NCBI GenBank assembly: GCA_027044945.1
Contig: JALUBK010000045.1
Coordinates: forward strand, 1 to 63,419
DNA length: 63,419 nucleotides
Source of the DNA: Campylobacterales bacterium
GTDB lineage: Bacteria; Campylobacterota; Campylobacteria; Campylobacterales; JALSKU01
Reading direction: 5' to 3'
In this document: piece after piece, positions 1 through 8,367 of the stretch
How positions within the stretch are numbered: the first letter of the stretch is position 1
Layout: every line of letters starts with the position of its first letter
Translations under genes and position numbers: made by a program
The notes under the pieces: model-generated
The model's database searches: none
The model's input: only the letters and a program-made list of their open reading frames with translations
What the model was told of the DNA's origin: nothing

Positions 1-63
1 AGAAATCCAATTTCAAATTTAGGCACTACAAATACTATAATTTTTCTAAAATATAAGGAGTAG
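1..63 (+). CDS. Possible 3' end of a gene entering from the left edge (RNPISNLGTTNTIIFLKYKE*)
   Basis: Frame 1 is open from base 1 to TAG at 61-63; too short to identify. Confidence 0.25.
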   Translation, partial: RNPISNLGTTNTIIFLKYKE

Positions 64-73
64 AGAAAATACA

Positions 74-392
74 GGGGTCGAGGGTTTGACTTTTGACTTC
101 TTCAAAATCCTAGATATTCTAGAGCTTGATAGCCCTAAAACTTTGCAACTTCAGTTTGTGTAAAACCATCTTTGGTAGCTTTTTGGATTTGAATATCTCT
201 TTTGCTTTTTGATAAATCTTTTGTAAAACAATCTTCTATTTTCAATTTTTGATTTATCTTTTTCTGATACTTCACAAACTATTTCTAAAAATTTATCTTT
301 ATCTTTTGGTTCTAAAAATACTATTCATCTCTCAACTCCACGATTGTAAACATGATGATAACTTGCACTCTCTACTCTTGGTGTCTTGTCAT
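74..392 (-). pseudogene. Y1 (IS200-like/REP-associated) tyrosine transposase pseudogene with C-terminal HTH
   Basis: AGGAG RBS and ATG at 392; reconstructed M.R.PRVESASYHHVYNRGVER*IVFLEPKDKDKFLEIVCEVSE (RAYT N-terminal HVxNRG...IF...D...FL motif), then ...KRDIQIQKATKDGFTQTEVAKF/LGLSSSRISRILKK (HTH); frameshifts, TGA at 325-327, catalytic core deleted. Confidence 0.8.
75..98. repeat. Left terminal inverted repeat
   Basis: 22/24 complement of 428-451; contains tandem TTTGAC/TTTTGAC units. Confidence 0.85.
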
Positions 393-427
393 AGTTTCTC
401 CTATTTTGGAAAAAATAGCAGAATTTT

Positions 428-451
428 AGTCAAAAGTCAAAACCCCGACCC
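428..451. repeat. Right terminal inverted repeat
   Basis: AGTCAAAAGTCAAAACCCCGACCC, inverted copy of 75-98. Confidence 0.85.
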
Positions 452-468
452 TTATTTTCTTTTGCTTT

Positions 469-1083
469 TTATTTTTTTTGCTTATCACAATTACTTATGC
501 AAATCTTTTTCATCTGTATTTCACCTCCACAATTTAAAAAACAAATGTTAAAATTTTTACTGCAACCACAGTTATTTGAACAAACTCTTTGCTCATTTGC
601 AACTATTTCATTCAAACTTTCTTCTTTTGGCTGTATCGGTTTTTTTGGTTTTGTGTTTAATAATTCTCGTATCATATATCTCAAATCATCTTCTCTATTA
701 CAAGCATAGTTATCATGATGAGTGGCACATCTATTTTTAAAATATAAATAATCTTTGTAATTCTGATTGTATTCATTTTGCCAATTAAAATTTTTTGAGT
801 TATACTCATGTAAATCTTGAAGATATTCATTATATTTTTTTTGATATTGTTCATCATCAATATTTTTTATATCTTTTGCTCTTTGAAAAGCATCATTTAG
901 ACATTGATTGTATATACTATTGCAATTTATATTGCACTTCTCGTATGAAATTTGGCAACTTTTTATACATTGCTTTGCTTTTTTGCCAACAGGAGGAATA
1001 TAAACTTGTTTAATCGCATATTCTGGTGCACAACCAGTTAAAAAAAGTATAAAAATGAAAAATGAAAAAATATATTTTATCAT
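469..1083 (-). CDS. Cysteine-rich lipoprotein, unknown function
   Basis: Signal peptide with LTGC lipobox; 14 further Cys, many in CxxxC spacing; central helical segment. Confidence 0.8.
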   Translation of the reverse strand: MIKYIFSFFIFILFLTGCAPEYAIKQVYIPPVGKKAKQCIKSCQISYEKCNINCNSIYNQCLNDAFQRAKDIKNIDDEQYQKKYNEYLQDLHEYNSKNFNWQNEYNQNYKDYLYFKNRCATHHDNYACNREDDLRYMIRELLNTKPKKPIQPKEESLNEIVANEQRVCSNNCGCSKNFNICFLNCGGEIQMKKICISNCDKQKK

Positions 1084-1092
1084 ATCAAATCC

Positions 1093-1833
1093 TTATAAAA
1101 AACTATCTTTATGTATATGTTCAAAAGCTGCTTTTAAGGATACAAAAAGATTATGGTTATTTTCTTCCATGTCTTTTAACATTTTTTTTGTATTTGCTCT
1201 AGCATGAGGCATTTTTACATCAAATCTAAAAGCAGGACAAGCTTCATCCCCAACAAGAGGAAATTTATTGACCTTAGCACAATCAATAAGTTGTCTCTCT
1301 CTTACAAGAATTAAAGGTCTTATTACTTCAAGACCGTTTTGTGCTTTATATTTAGGAGGCAAACTTCTTAAAGCTCCGTTATACATAAAATTCATAAAAA
1401 AACTCTCTGCTGCATCATCAAAATGGTGTCCTAAAGCAACTTTGTTATATCCGTTTTTTAAAGCAAAACTATACAATGCTCCTCGTCTCATTCTTGAAAA
1501 AAAACTGCAAAATGATGAATTTTTTCTTATTTTATCTTTAGCTAGTTCAAAAGTATTTGTATTATAGATTTCAAAAGGAATTCCATATTTATTGCAATGA
1601 TTTGATAAAGTCGAAAGATCTTCACCCATGCCATAAGTAATACAAACTGCTTTGAATTCAAAATCAAAAGGAGCAACTTTTTGCTGATGGTTTAAAATAT
1701 GAGCCAAAGTCAAAGAATCTTTTCCTCCGCTAAGACCCAAAAGAACTTTATCACCTTCTTCGATTAAATTAAATTTTGCATTTGTTCTACCGATAGTTCT
1801 TAAAAGTTTTTTGCTTATAATTACTTTTTTCAC
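1093..1833 (-). CDS. ttcA: TtcA-family PP-loop tRNA thiolation-like protein
   Basis: SGGKDS PP-loop, GHHFDD, IRPL motifs. Confidence 0.8.
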   Translation of the reverse strand: MKKVIISKKLLRTIGRTNAKFNLIEEGDKVLLGLSGGKDSLTLAHILNHQQKVAPFDFEFKAVCITYGMGEDLSTLSNHCNKYGIPFEIYNTNTFELAKDKIRKNSSFCSFFSRMRRGALYSFALKNGYNKVALGHHFDDAAESFFMNFMYNGALRSLPPKYKAQNGLEVIRPLILVRERQLIDCAKVNKFPLVGDEACPAFRFDVKMPHARANTKKMLKDMEENNHNLFVSLKAAFEHIHKDSFL

Positions 1834-2519
1834 TTAATTTTATCCAGCATTGATATTAAAAAATCAGCACTATTTTTAGCTGAACTTTTCAAAAATTCAT
1901 CAAAATCAAAACCTGCATCCATATCTGCTGCATCACTAATAGCTCTAAGGATAAAAAATGGCACTCTTAAAGAGTATGCAACAACTGCTACACTAGCACC
2001 CTCCATCTCCAATGCATCTGCTTTAAATTTTTTTCGTATCCACTCTTTTTTTTCTTTATTAGCTACAAATTGATCTCCTGTTGCAATAATACCTTCTTTT
2101 AATTTAATACCTTTTTCTTTTGCAATATCTATCGCAATTTTTATCAAAGTTTCATCTGCTTTGTAATAAATTTTTCCTTCAGGAACATATCCATAAGGAT
2201 GCCCAAAAGCTGTAATGTCAAGATCATGCTGACATAAAGCAGTAGCCACGATAAGATCTCCTATATGTAAATCATTATTTATAGCTCCAGCTACTCCACT
2301 AAAAAGAAGTTTTTCTATTTTAAATTTTTCTATCATTATTGTAGCAGTCAAAGAAGCATATACTTTCCCAATTTTGCTATAAGCTATAACAATATCATTA
2401 TCTTTATATTTTGCAATATAATATTTATTATCAGCATAATCAACAGTTTCATATTCTTTAAAAAATTTCAAAAGAGGTTCAATCTCTTCTTGCATTGCAC
2501 CCATCAAACCTATAATCAT
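1830..2519 (-). CDS. mtnN: 5'-methylthioadenosine/S-adenosylhomocysteine nucleosidase (also aminofutalosine nucleosidase in this lineage)
   Basis: GAMQEE, GVAG, TGDQF, EMEGA, RAISD motifs. Confidence 0.95.
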   Translation of the reverse strand: MIIGLMGAMQEEIEPLLKFFKEYETVDYADNKYYIAKYKDNDIVIAYSKIGKVYASLTATIMIEKFKIEKLLFSGVAGAINNDLHIGDLIVATALCQHDLDITAFGHPYGYVPEGKIYYKADETLIKIAIDIAKEKGIKLKEGIIATGDQFVANKEKKEWIRKKFKADALEMEGASVAVVAYSLRVPFFILRAISDAADMDAGFDFDEFLKSSAKNSADFLISMLDKIK

Positions 2520-3283
2520 ATATTTATCCTTAAAAGATATTTTTCCGTTTTAGAAAGTGTTTTAGAAAGTTTTCCTATTAAAAGTGTTTCGTCAAACAAA
2601 GAGGCTTCTTGTTCAATATCTCCTTTTGGATTTATTATTTTACTTCCGCCCCAAAAACCAAGCCCATCTTCAAATCCAACTCTATTTGCAAAAACAATAT
2701 AAGTTCCACTTAATTGTGCAGTAGTAGAAAGAATATTATTCCATTTTTTCTCTATAGACAAACCGTTATTTTTAAAAACTCTAGCAGGAGAAGAAGCAAG
2801 CACATAAACAATATCAGGTTTAATGGAAACTATTTTTTCTATAATTTTTGAATTCCACAAATCTTCACAAATAACACTCATACTGTTTGCATATTTTGTT
2901 TGAAAATTCTCTACCGTATCTCCTGAAAAAAAGAATCTTGCTTCTTGAAATAATCCATAATTTGGAAGAGTATTTTTATGATAAATATTGGTAACTTTAT
3001 TATCACTAAAATAAATTGCACTATTATAAATTTTATATTTTTCTCTTAATGCTACGCCCAATAAAATATCGATATCTTTACTTGCTTTTTTAAAAATTTC
3101 TAACTCTTCAATTTCATATGCATCTTCAAAAACTAAATCCATCATAGTGTATCCGTTTAAAGATAATTCAGGGAAAATCACAATATTACAATTTTCATAT
3201 TTTGCTTTATTGATAAATTCTAAATGTTTATCAATATTATCTCTTGATAGTTTTGATGAAATTTGAGCAATTGCAACTTTCAT
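2516..3283 (-). CDS. Nitrilase-family C-N hydrolase resembling the NadE glutaminase domain
   Basis: FPELSLNGY, HKNTLPNYGLFQEARFF, ICEDLW: intact E-K-C triad. Confidence 0.85.
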   Translation of the reverse strand: MKVAIAQISSKLSRDNIDKHLEFINKAKYENCNIVIFPELSLNGYTMMDLVFEDAYEIEELEIFKKASKDIDILLGVALREKYKIYNSAIYFSDNKVTNIYHKNTLPNYGLFQEARFFFSGDTVENFQTKYANSMSVICEDLWNSKIIEKIVSIKPDIVYVLASSPARVFKNNGLSIEKKWNNILSTTAQLSGTYIVFANRVGFEDGLGFWGGSKIINPKGDIEQEASLFDETLLIGKLSKTLSKTEKYLLRINI

Positions 3284-3292
3284 AATGAATCC

Positions 3293-4231
3293 TTATTTTT
3301 CCAACTCTTCATATACTTTTTGCAAAGAATCCATATCAACAATGCTTAAAGTTGGTTTTTTTGTAATTCTTCTATTTAATCCTCTTAAAACATTTCCACC
3401 AAATTCAATATACAAATCAGCGATATTATCTATATTTCTAATAGATTGTTTATACAAAACAGGTTTGACTAATTGCTCAGACAATAAAGATACAGCTTCA
3501 TCTTTCGTTTCATAAGGCTGAGAAGTTACATTGGAAACAACTGGAGAAATAAATTCATTTTTTAAAAATTTTTTCAAATATGGTTTTAATGCATTAGAAG
3601 CTTCCAAAAGCAAAGGGCAATGACTAGCTACTGACATATTTAACACTATTGCTCTTTTTGCACCCGCTTTTTTGAAAACTTCTTCCATGTCAATCAAATC
3701 ATTTTTTATACCTGCGATAACCAATTGACCATCGCTATTATAATTAGCAGGCCAAATTTTTTTACCTTTTTCTCTGGCTTCTTTTGTAATTTCTTCTACT
3801 TTTTCATCTTTTAATCCTATAAGTGCCATCATTCCAGCATCAATATTTTCACAATTGTTTTTCATTAAAAGGCCTCTTTTATGAGTCAATTCAACTCCGT
3901 CAAGATAATTAAGAGAACCAACACTCACTAAAGCAGAAAATTCACCAAGAGAATGACCTAATGCGAATGAAGCTCTAGTCATCATTTCGTTTTCAAAAAT
4001 TTTATGAGCGATTGAACTTATTAAAAGTATTGCAGGTTGAGTATATTCAGTTTGTTCTAAAAGAGTATTTTCTTCAAATAGCAAATGTTTAAAATCCACT
4101 CCTATTCTATCACTGGCATTTTGAATCATCTCTTTTGCTAAAATATTTGATTCATAAAAACTCTTTCCCATGCCTATGATTTGGCTTCCTTGTCCTGGGA
4201 ATAAAAATACGACTTTTTTTGTTTTTTGCAT
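3293..4231 (-). CDS. fabD: Malonyl-CoA:ACP transacylase
   Basis: FPGQGSQ, TQPAI, GHSLGE, VASH motifs. Confidence 0.97.
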   Translation of the reverse strand: MQKTKKVVFLFPGQGSQIIGMGKSFYESNILAKEMIQNASDRIGVDFKHLLFEENTLLEQTEYTQPAILLISSIAHKIFENEMMTRASFALGHSLGEFSALVSVGSLNYLDGVELTHKRGLLMKNNCENIDAGMMALIGLKDEKVEEITKEAREKGKKIWPANYNSDGQLVIAGIKNDLIDMEEVFKKAGAKRAIVLNMSVASHCPLLLEASNALKPYLKKFLKNEFISPVVSNVTSQPYETKDEAVSLLSEQLVKPVLYKQSIRNIDNIADLYIEFGGNVLRGLNRRITKKPTLSIVDMDSLQKVYEELEK

Positions 4232-4986
4232 TATTTCTCCTGTAAATTATATTCTAAAATTTTCTTTCTTAAAGTATTTCTATTTATCCCAAATTGTTTG
4301 GATATGTTAAGCTGTGATCTATATTTTTCAAATCCTGCTTTAATAAGAGGTATTTCATAAAGATATATATTATTTCGATAATCATTTTTAGTTCCAATTC
4401 TTGTTTTTAATAATTCTTGAATAACTTGTATAATATCATCTTCGCTTAAAAATTTTTTAATGATAGCTTTATAAATACTAAATTTCAACGAATAGCAATT
4501 TTTATCTATATTTAATTTAATTTTTTTTAAATCCAAATCAATATCTATATTTAATTCTTGTAAAATATCATTTAAAAATTTTTTAGCTAAAGGATATATA
4601 TCTTCTTTTCTTTCATGAAGTGGAGGAATTTTTATCTTTAAGCTAAAAAATCTATCTCTAACTTTTTCAAATAATTCTTTGTTGGACAATCCAATAATTC
4701 TTGTTTTATTTTTTTTAATATTTGTTTCCAAGAGATCCAAATGTTTAATATAGTCAAAATTTTTTATGATTACAGTGTTATTATGGTTTATTAAATCAAT
4801 AATATATTTTATCTCATTTTTTCCATTTATAACAGTAGTATCTGATATGATTTTGGCAAGAAAAGTTTTTCCTACTCCAACTTCTCCTTCAATAAGAACA
4901 TTTACATCTAAATTTTTAAGTAAAAGTGCTGATTTAAGGGCCTCTTGCGAAGCCCTACTTTTAGCTATAAAACTATTGACATTCAC
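4231..4986 (-). CDS. Fis-family HTH protein with degenerate sigma54-activator-like AAA domain
   Basis: GEVGVGKT Walker A, IPPLHERKEDI, C-terminal GINRNTLRKK HTH; probable GTG start at 4986 overlapping the slyD end (track start 5022). Confidence 0.8.
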   Translation of the reverse strand: MNVNSFIAKSRASQEALKSALLLKNLDVNVLIEGEVGVGKTFLAKIISDTTVINGKNEIKYIIDLINHNNTVIIKNFDYIKHLDLLETNIKKNKTRIIGLSNKELFEKVRDRFFSLKIKIPPLHERKEDIYPLAKKFLNDILQELNIDIDLDLKKIKLNIDKNCYSLKFSIYKAIIKKFLSEDDIIQVIQELLKTRIGTKNDYRNNIYLYEIPLIKAGFEKYRSQLNISKQFGINRNTLRKKILEYNLQEK

Positions 4987-5479
4987 AACCTGTTCCACAA
5001 CTACAACAACCTTTGCCACCAACTACACCACTAGCAGCTTCTTCCATAGTTGCATCTCTTAACTCAAGCAAAGAAATATTAAACATTAAATCTTTACCGG
5101 CTAAAGGATGATTAAAATCAACAACAACATTTTTATCATCAAAACTTTTTACAACCACTTGAACTGTTTCTTGATTTTCTCCTTGTCCATAAAGTATCAT
5201 TCCAACTTCCAAATCAATTCCTGCAAATTGCTCTCTAGGAAGTGTTTGAACAGCTTCTGGATTAACTTCTCCATAAGCATCTTTAGCTTCAACAGCAATC
5301 TCAGCTTTGTCTCCAACTGACATTTCGCTTATTTTACTCTCAAGACCAGGTATAATTTGCCCTTTTCCGCTAATATACTCAAGTGGTTCTTTACCAATAT
5401 TACTATCTAAAATTGCACCTGTTTTAGCATCTTTTAACTCATACTCTATCTTTATGACCTTATTTTCGTTTTCTGCCAT
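4973..5479 (-). CDS. slyD: FKBP-type peptidyl-prolyl isomerase SlyD
   Basis: GQIIPGLE, DAYGE, DFNHPLAGKDL; Cys-rich tail. Confidence 0.95.
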   Translation of the reverse strand: MAENENKVIKIEYELKDAKTGAILDSNIGKEPLEYISGKGQIIPGLESKISEMSVGDKAEIAVEAKDAYGEVNPEAVQTLPREQFAGIDLEVGMILYGQGENQETVQVVVKSFDDKNVVVDFNHPLAGKDLMFNISLLELRDATMEEAASGVVGGKGCCSCGTGCECQ

Positions 5480-5541
5480 ATCTACACTCCTAATATTTAT
5501 TAAGTTATGATTCTAACAAAAAACATATTTAATCAAGCTTT

Positions 5542-5579
5542 ATTAGCTAAAAAATATTACTTAAAATTTTTTAGCTAAT
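5542..5579 (-). terminator. Hairpin at the end of the tol-pal-cpoB operon
   Basis: Perfect 14-bp IR ATTAGCTAAAAAAT (5542-5555) / ATTTTTTAGCTAAT (5566-5579) spanning the cpoB stop; AT-rich so weak. Confidence 0.5.
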
Positions 5580-6454
5580 TTTGCTTCTTTAGAAGTTGGA
5601 TATTTTTTAATTAAAATTATTTTAAATTTTTTAGCATTTTTGCTATCACCTATTTTCTTAAAAGACAAATAAGTATGGAACAATAAAGTTGGAGTAAAAC
5701 TCGTTGTTTTGCTATATAAAGTTATACTTTTTTTATAAAATTCTATTGCTTTTATATAATTTTTTGAAAAATAATTAATTTCACCAAGATAAAAATTACT
5801 TGTTGCAGGCAAGTATTTTCTTTTTATACTTTCTTGAAATAAAATTGTTGCTTTATTGTATTGTTTATTTTCAAAAAATTTTTTTGCATCTAAAAATATT
5901 TGTCTTCTTTTTTTTCTTGAAAATTGATTTTTAAAAGTTTGGCTTTGCAATTTTATAATTTTATTATTTATATTACTTTCAAAATCATTTAATTTTTTTT
6001 CAAAAGTTTCTTTTGAAATATAAGAATTATTAATAGAATCTATTAAAGAACTAAATTCAGATAAAACCAATTTGATTTTTTGATAATTTTTTTCTTGAGT
6101 AGAAATTGTTTGATTTAAATCATTTTTAATATTTTGTAATTGTTTTGAAAGATTTTCATCATTTTGTTGCAAAATAACAATTTTTTTGATTACTTGTGAA
6201 AATTGCATATTTTGAGATTGAACAACAGTTCTTATGCCATCTATATCTTCTTGCATATTAAACAATTTTGTTTTTAAAAAACCTACATTTGTCGAAAGTT
6301 TTTCAACTTCTCTTTTGTTTTTTAATATTACTTTTTCATCATTTGTAAGACCATAAGGATGAGCAATATTTAAATCGCCAGCTTCAAAAGCTGACGGTTC
6401 TACTGCACATAAATATATTGAAAAAATGAAAAAAATATATATTATTTTTAGCAT
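5561..6454 (-). CDS. Tol-Pal associated coiled-coil/TPR protein (CpoB/YbgF-like)
   Basis: Signal peptide, coiled coil, TPR repeats ending KYPTS..A; directly after pal. Confidence 0.85.
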   Translation of the reverse strand: MLKIIYIFFIFSIYLCAVEPSAFEAGDLNIAHPYGLTNDEKVILKNKREVEKLSTNVGFLKTKLFNMQEDIDGIRTVVQSQNMQFSQVIKKIVILQQNDENLSKQLQNIKNDLNQTISTQEKNYQKIKLVLSEFSSLIDSINNSYISKETFEKKLNDFESNINNKIIKLQSQTFKNQFSRKKRRQIFLDAKKFFENKQYNKATILFQESIKRKYLPATSNFYLGEINYFSKNYIKAIEFYKKSITLYSKTTSFTPTLLFHTYLSFKKIGDSKNAKKFKIILIKKYPTSKEAKLAKKF

Positions 6455-6463
6455 ATTTTTTTA

Positions 6464-7045
6464 TTATGGTAAAAATTTAAAATCAACTCTTCTGTTTTTA
6501 GCCCAACAAGCTTTATTATGTTCGGTGCACACAGGATTGCTTTCACCATAACTTATAAGTGTCAATCTATTACTTTTTACACCTAATGCAACAAGTGCAT
6601 TTTTTACACTTTTAGCTCGTCTTAATCCTAAAGCATAATTATATTCATTGCTTCCCCATTCATCAGTATTTCCTTCCAATTTTACAGAAAATCCTTTTGA
6701 AGAATTTGATTTAATTAATTTAGAATCCTCAATAACTAAAGGCTTTTGATCGCTTCTGATATTATATTTATCAAAATCAAAATGAATTGTTTTTGCTTTT
6801 TGATCTAAAACAGTTATTTTATTGCTTATATTATTTCCATTATTATTAACATTATTAACACCATTAACACTGCTTTCACTCTCTCCTTGCTTCATGCTAT
6901 TTATTTTAGATATACCGCTATCTGCATTTTGTATTTTTTGTTGAGTGTTATTATTTTTAGCCATATTAATTTCTGGTGTTTTTTGGCTACATCCAGTAAA
7001 CAACAAAAGAGCTACACTTGCACCTAAGAATACCATTTTTTTCAT
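6464..7045 (-). CDS. pal: Peptidoglycan-associated lipoprotein Pal
   Basis: FTGC lipobox; OmpA-like domain FDFDK, EGNTDEWGSNEYN..LG.RRA, NRRV. Confidence 0.95.
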   Translation of the reverse strand: MKKMVFLGASVALLLFTGCSQKTPEINMAKNNNTQQKIQNADSGISKINSMKQGESESSVNGVNNVNNNGNNISNKITVLDQKAKTIHFDFDKYNIRSDQKPLVIEDSKLIKSNSSKGFSVKLEGNTDEWGSNEYNYALGLRRAKSVKNALVALGVKSNRLTLISYGESNPVCTEHNKACWAKNRRVDFKFLP

Positions 7046-7095
7046 ATTAAGTCCTTTTTTAAAATTTTATAACATTTTACCATTTTTTTCTTAAA

Positions 7096-8358
7096 TTACC
7101 AATCAATAGATTGAATTTTTCCAACTTTTAGTGGAAACAAAAAAGTTTTATTAGAGTTCAATCTTATAATACCAAGAGCTGATTGTCTTTGATAATTTTT
7201 TATAAACATTACTGTTTCACCATTATTTGCAAATTGTGGAAAATAATTTCTTCCTGTGGCAGTTAATTGTCTAATATATTCTGTTTTTGTTGAAGCAAGA
7301 TAAAGATTAAAATTATTTTTGCCAAACGAACTGTCCTTTTCTCGCCTAGAAAAAACTATATAATGATCATAAGCACTAAAAGAATCATTATTTTTTCCTT
7401 GATAAATTAATTGTTCAACAGGAGCATTAATATTTAATTTTTTTGCAAAAATATTTGGATATCCTAATCTATCAGATACAAATGCAACTCTTGTTTCATT
7501 GTCAATAAAATGTCCATCTACATCAATACCTTGAAATTTAGTTAATCTTTCTTTTTGGTTTGTAATAACATTATACAGATAAATATCGGGTTGGTCATTT
7601 GGAGCCATTGTCAAAAGTATCTCAGAACCATCTTGACTAACATCTGAACAAACCAACATACCTGGTGATGATATGATTTTTTTTCTTGTTCCTTGAGATA
7701 AATTTACTCTATACAAAGTTGGAATTCTTCCATTATATGATGTATAATAAAAAGCATCTTGCTCCTTATCTGCCCATTTTGGAAAAATATTTAAACCGCC
7801 TGTTACTATTATTTTTTGATAGGTCAAAGTATAATCTGATATAATAATATCGCTTTTTCTTTTACCAGTATATTTTGCAAATATTATAAATTTTTGCATC
7901 CAATCTATGTTTGGAGCCCCTATTGCATTATTTACATCTATTACCATTTGATGAGATAAAAAAGGATATCTTTTTTTATTTTTTATTTTATATATTTTTT
8001 CTACAATAACATTATTATTTTTTGCATTTATCAATTTCATATAAGATATTAATGCACTATTTTCTTGTTCCAATTTAAATCTTAAAATTAAATCGACTTG
8101 TTTGTTGCCTTTGAAATCAGCATTATAAGATGTCTTCATAAATAAATCATCGACAATAAAATTCGAAGAAACTTTTAAATCTCCTATAATCATTTTAAAT
8201 ATTTTATTTTCTAAATTTTTATCCGAAAAATTGTCAGGTGAAGCATCTTGAACTATTATTGTGGGCAAAGAATTGCTTTTTTTAACAATATTTATAGTAG
8301 CATCATATGAAAATAATGCACTTGAGATAAAAAAAACTAAAAATAAAATTTTTTTCAT
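7096..8358 (-). CDS. tolB: Tol-Pal periplasmic beta-propeller protein TolB
   Basis: Signal peptide, FVSDRLGYPNIF PD40-like repeats, position before pal. Confidence 0.92.
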   Translation of the reverse strand: MKKILFLVFFISSALFSYDATINIVKKSNSLPTIIVQDASPDNFSDKNLENKIFKMIIGDLKVSSNFIVDDLFMKTSYNADFKGNKQVDLILRFKLEQENSALISYMKLINAKNNNVIVEKIYKIKNKKRYPFLSHQMVIDVNNAIGAPNIDWMQKFIIFAKYTGKRKSDIIISDYTLTYQKIIVTGGLNIFPKWADKEQDAFYYTSYNGRIPTLYRVNLSQGTRKKIISSPGMLVCSDVSQDGSEILLTMAPNDQPDIYLYNVITNQKERLTKFQGIDVDGHFIDNETRVAFVSDRLGYPNIFAKKLNINAPVEQLIYQGKNNDSFSAYDHYIVFSRREKDSSFGKNNFNLYLASTKTEYIRQLTATGRNYFPQFANNGETVMFIKNYQRQSALGIIRLNSNKTFLFPLKVGKIQSIDW

Positions 8359-8367
8359 AAAGTCTCC

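Larger units (their letters stand above)
64..460. mobile_element. Degenerate TIR-bounded element derived from a Y1/RAYT-like tyrosine transposase
   Basis: Inverted repeats 75-98 (GGGTCGAGGGTTTGACTTTTGACT) and 428-451 (revcomp GGGTCGGGGTTTTGACTTTTGACT) match 22/24 and extend via AGAAAATA (64-71 / 453-460); they enclose a transposase remnant. Confidence 0.8.

Noticed and set aside
249-551. 100-aa plus-strand ORF in the track
   Set aside because: Antisense to the transposase remnant and lipoprotein end; no RBS or motif; shadow ORF.
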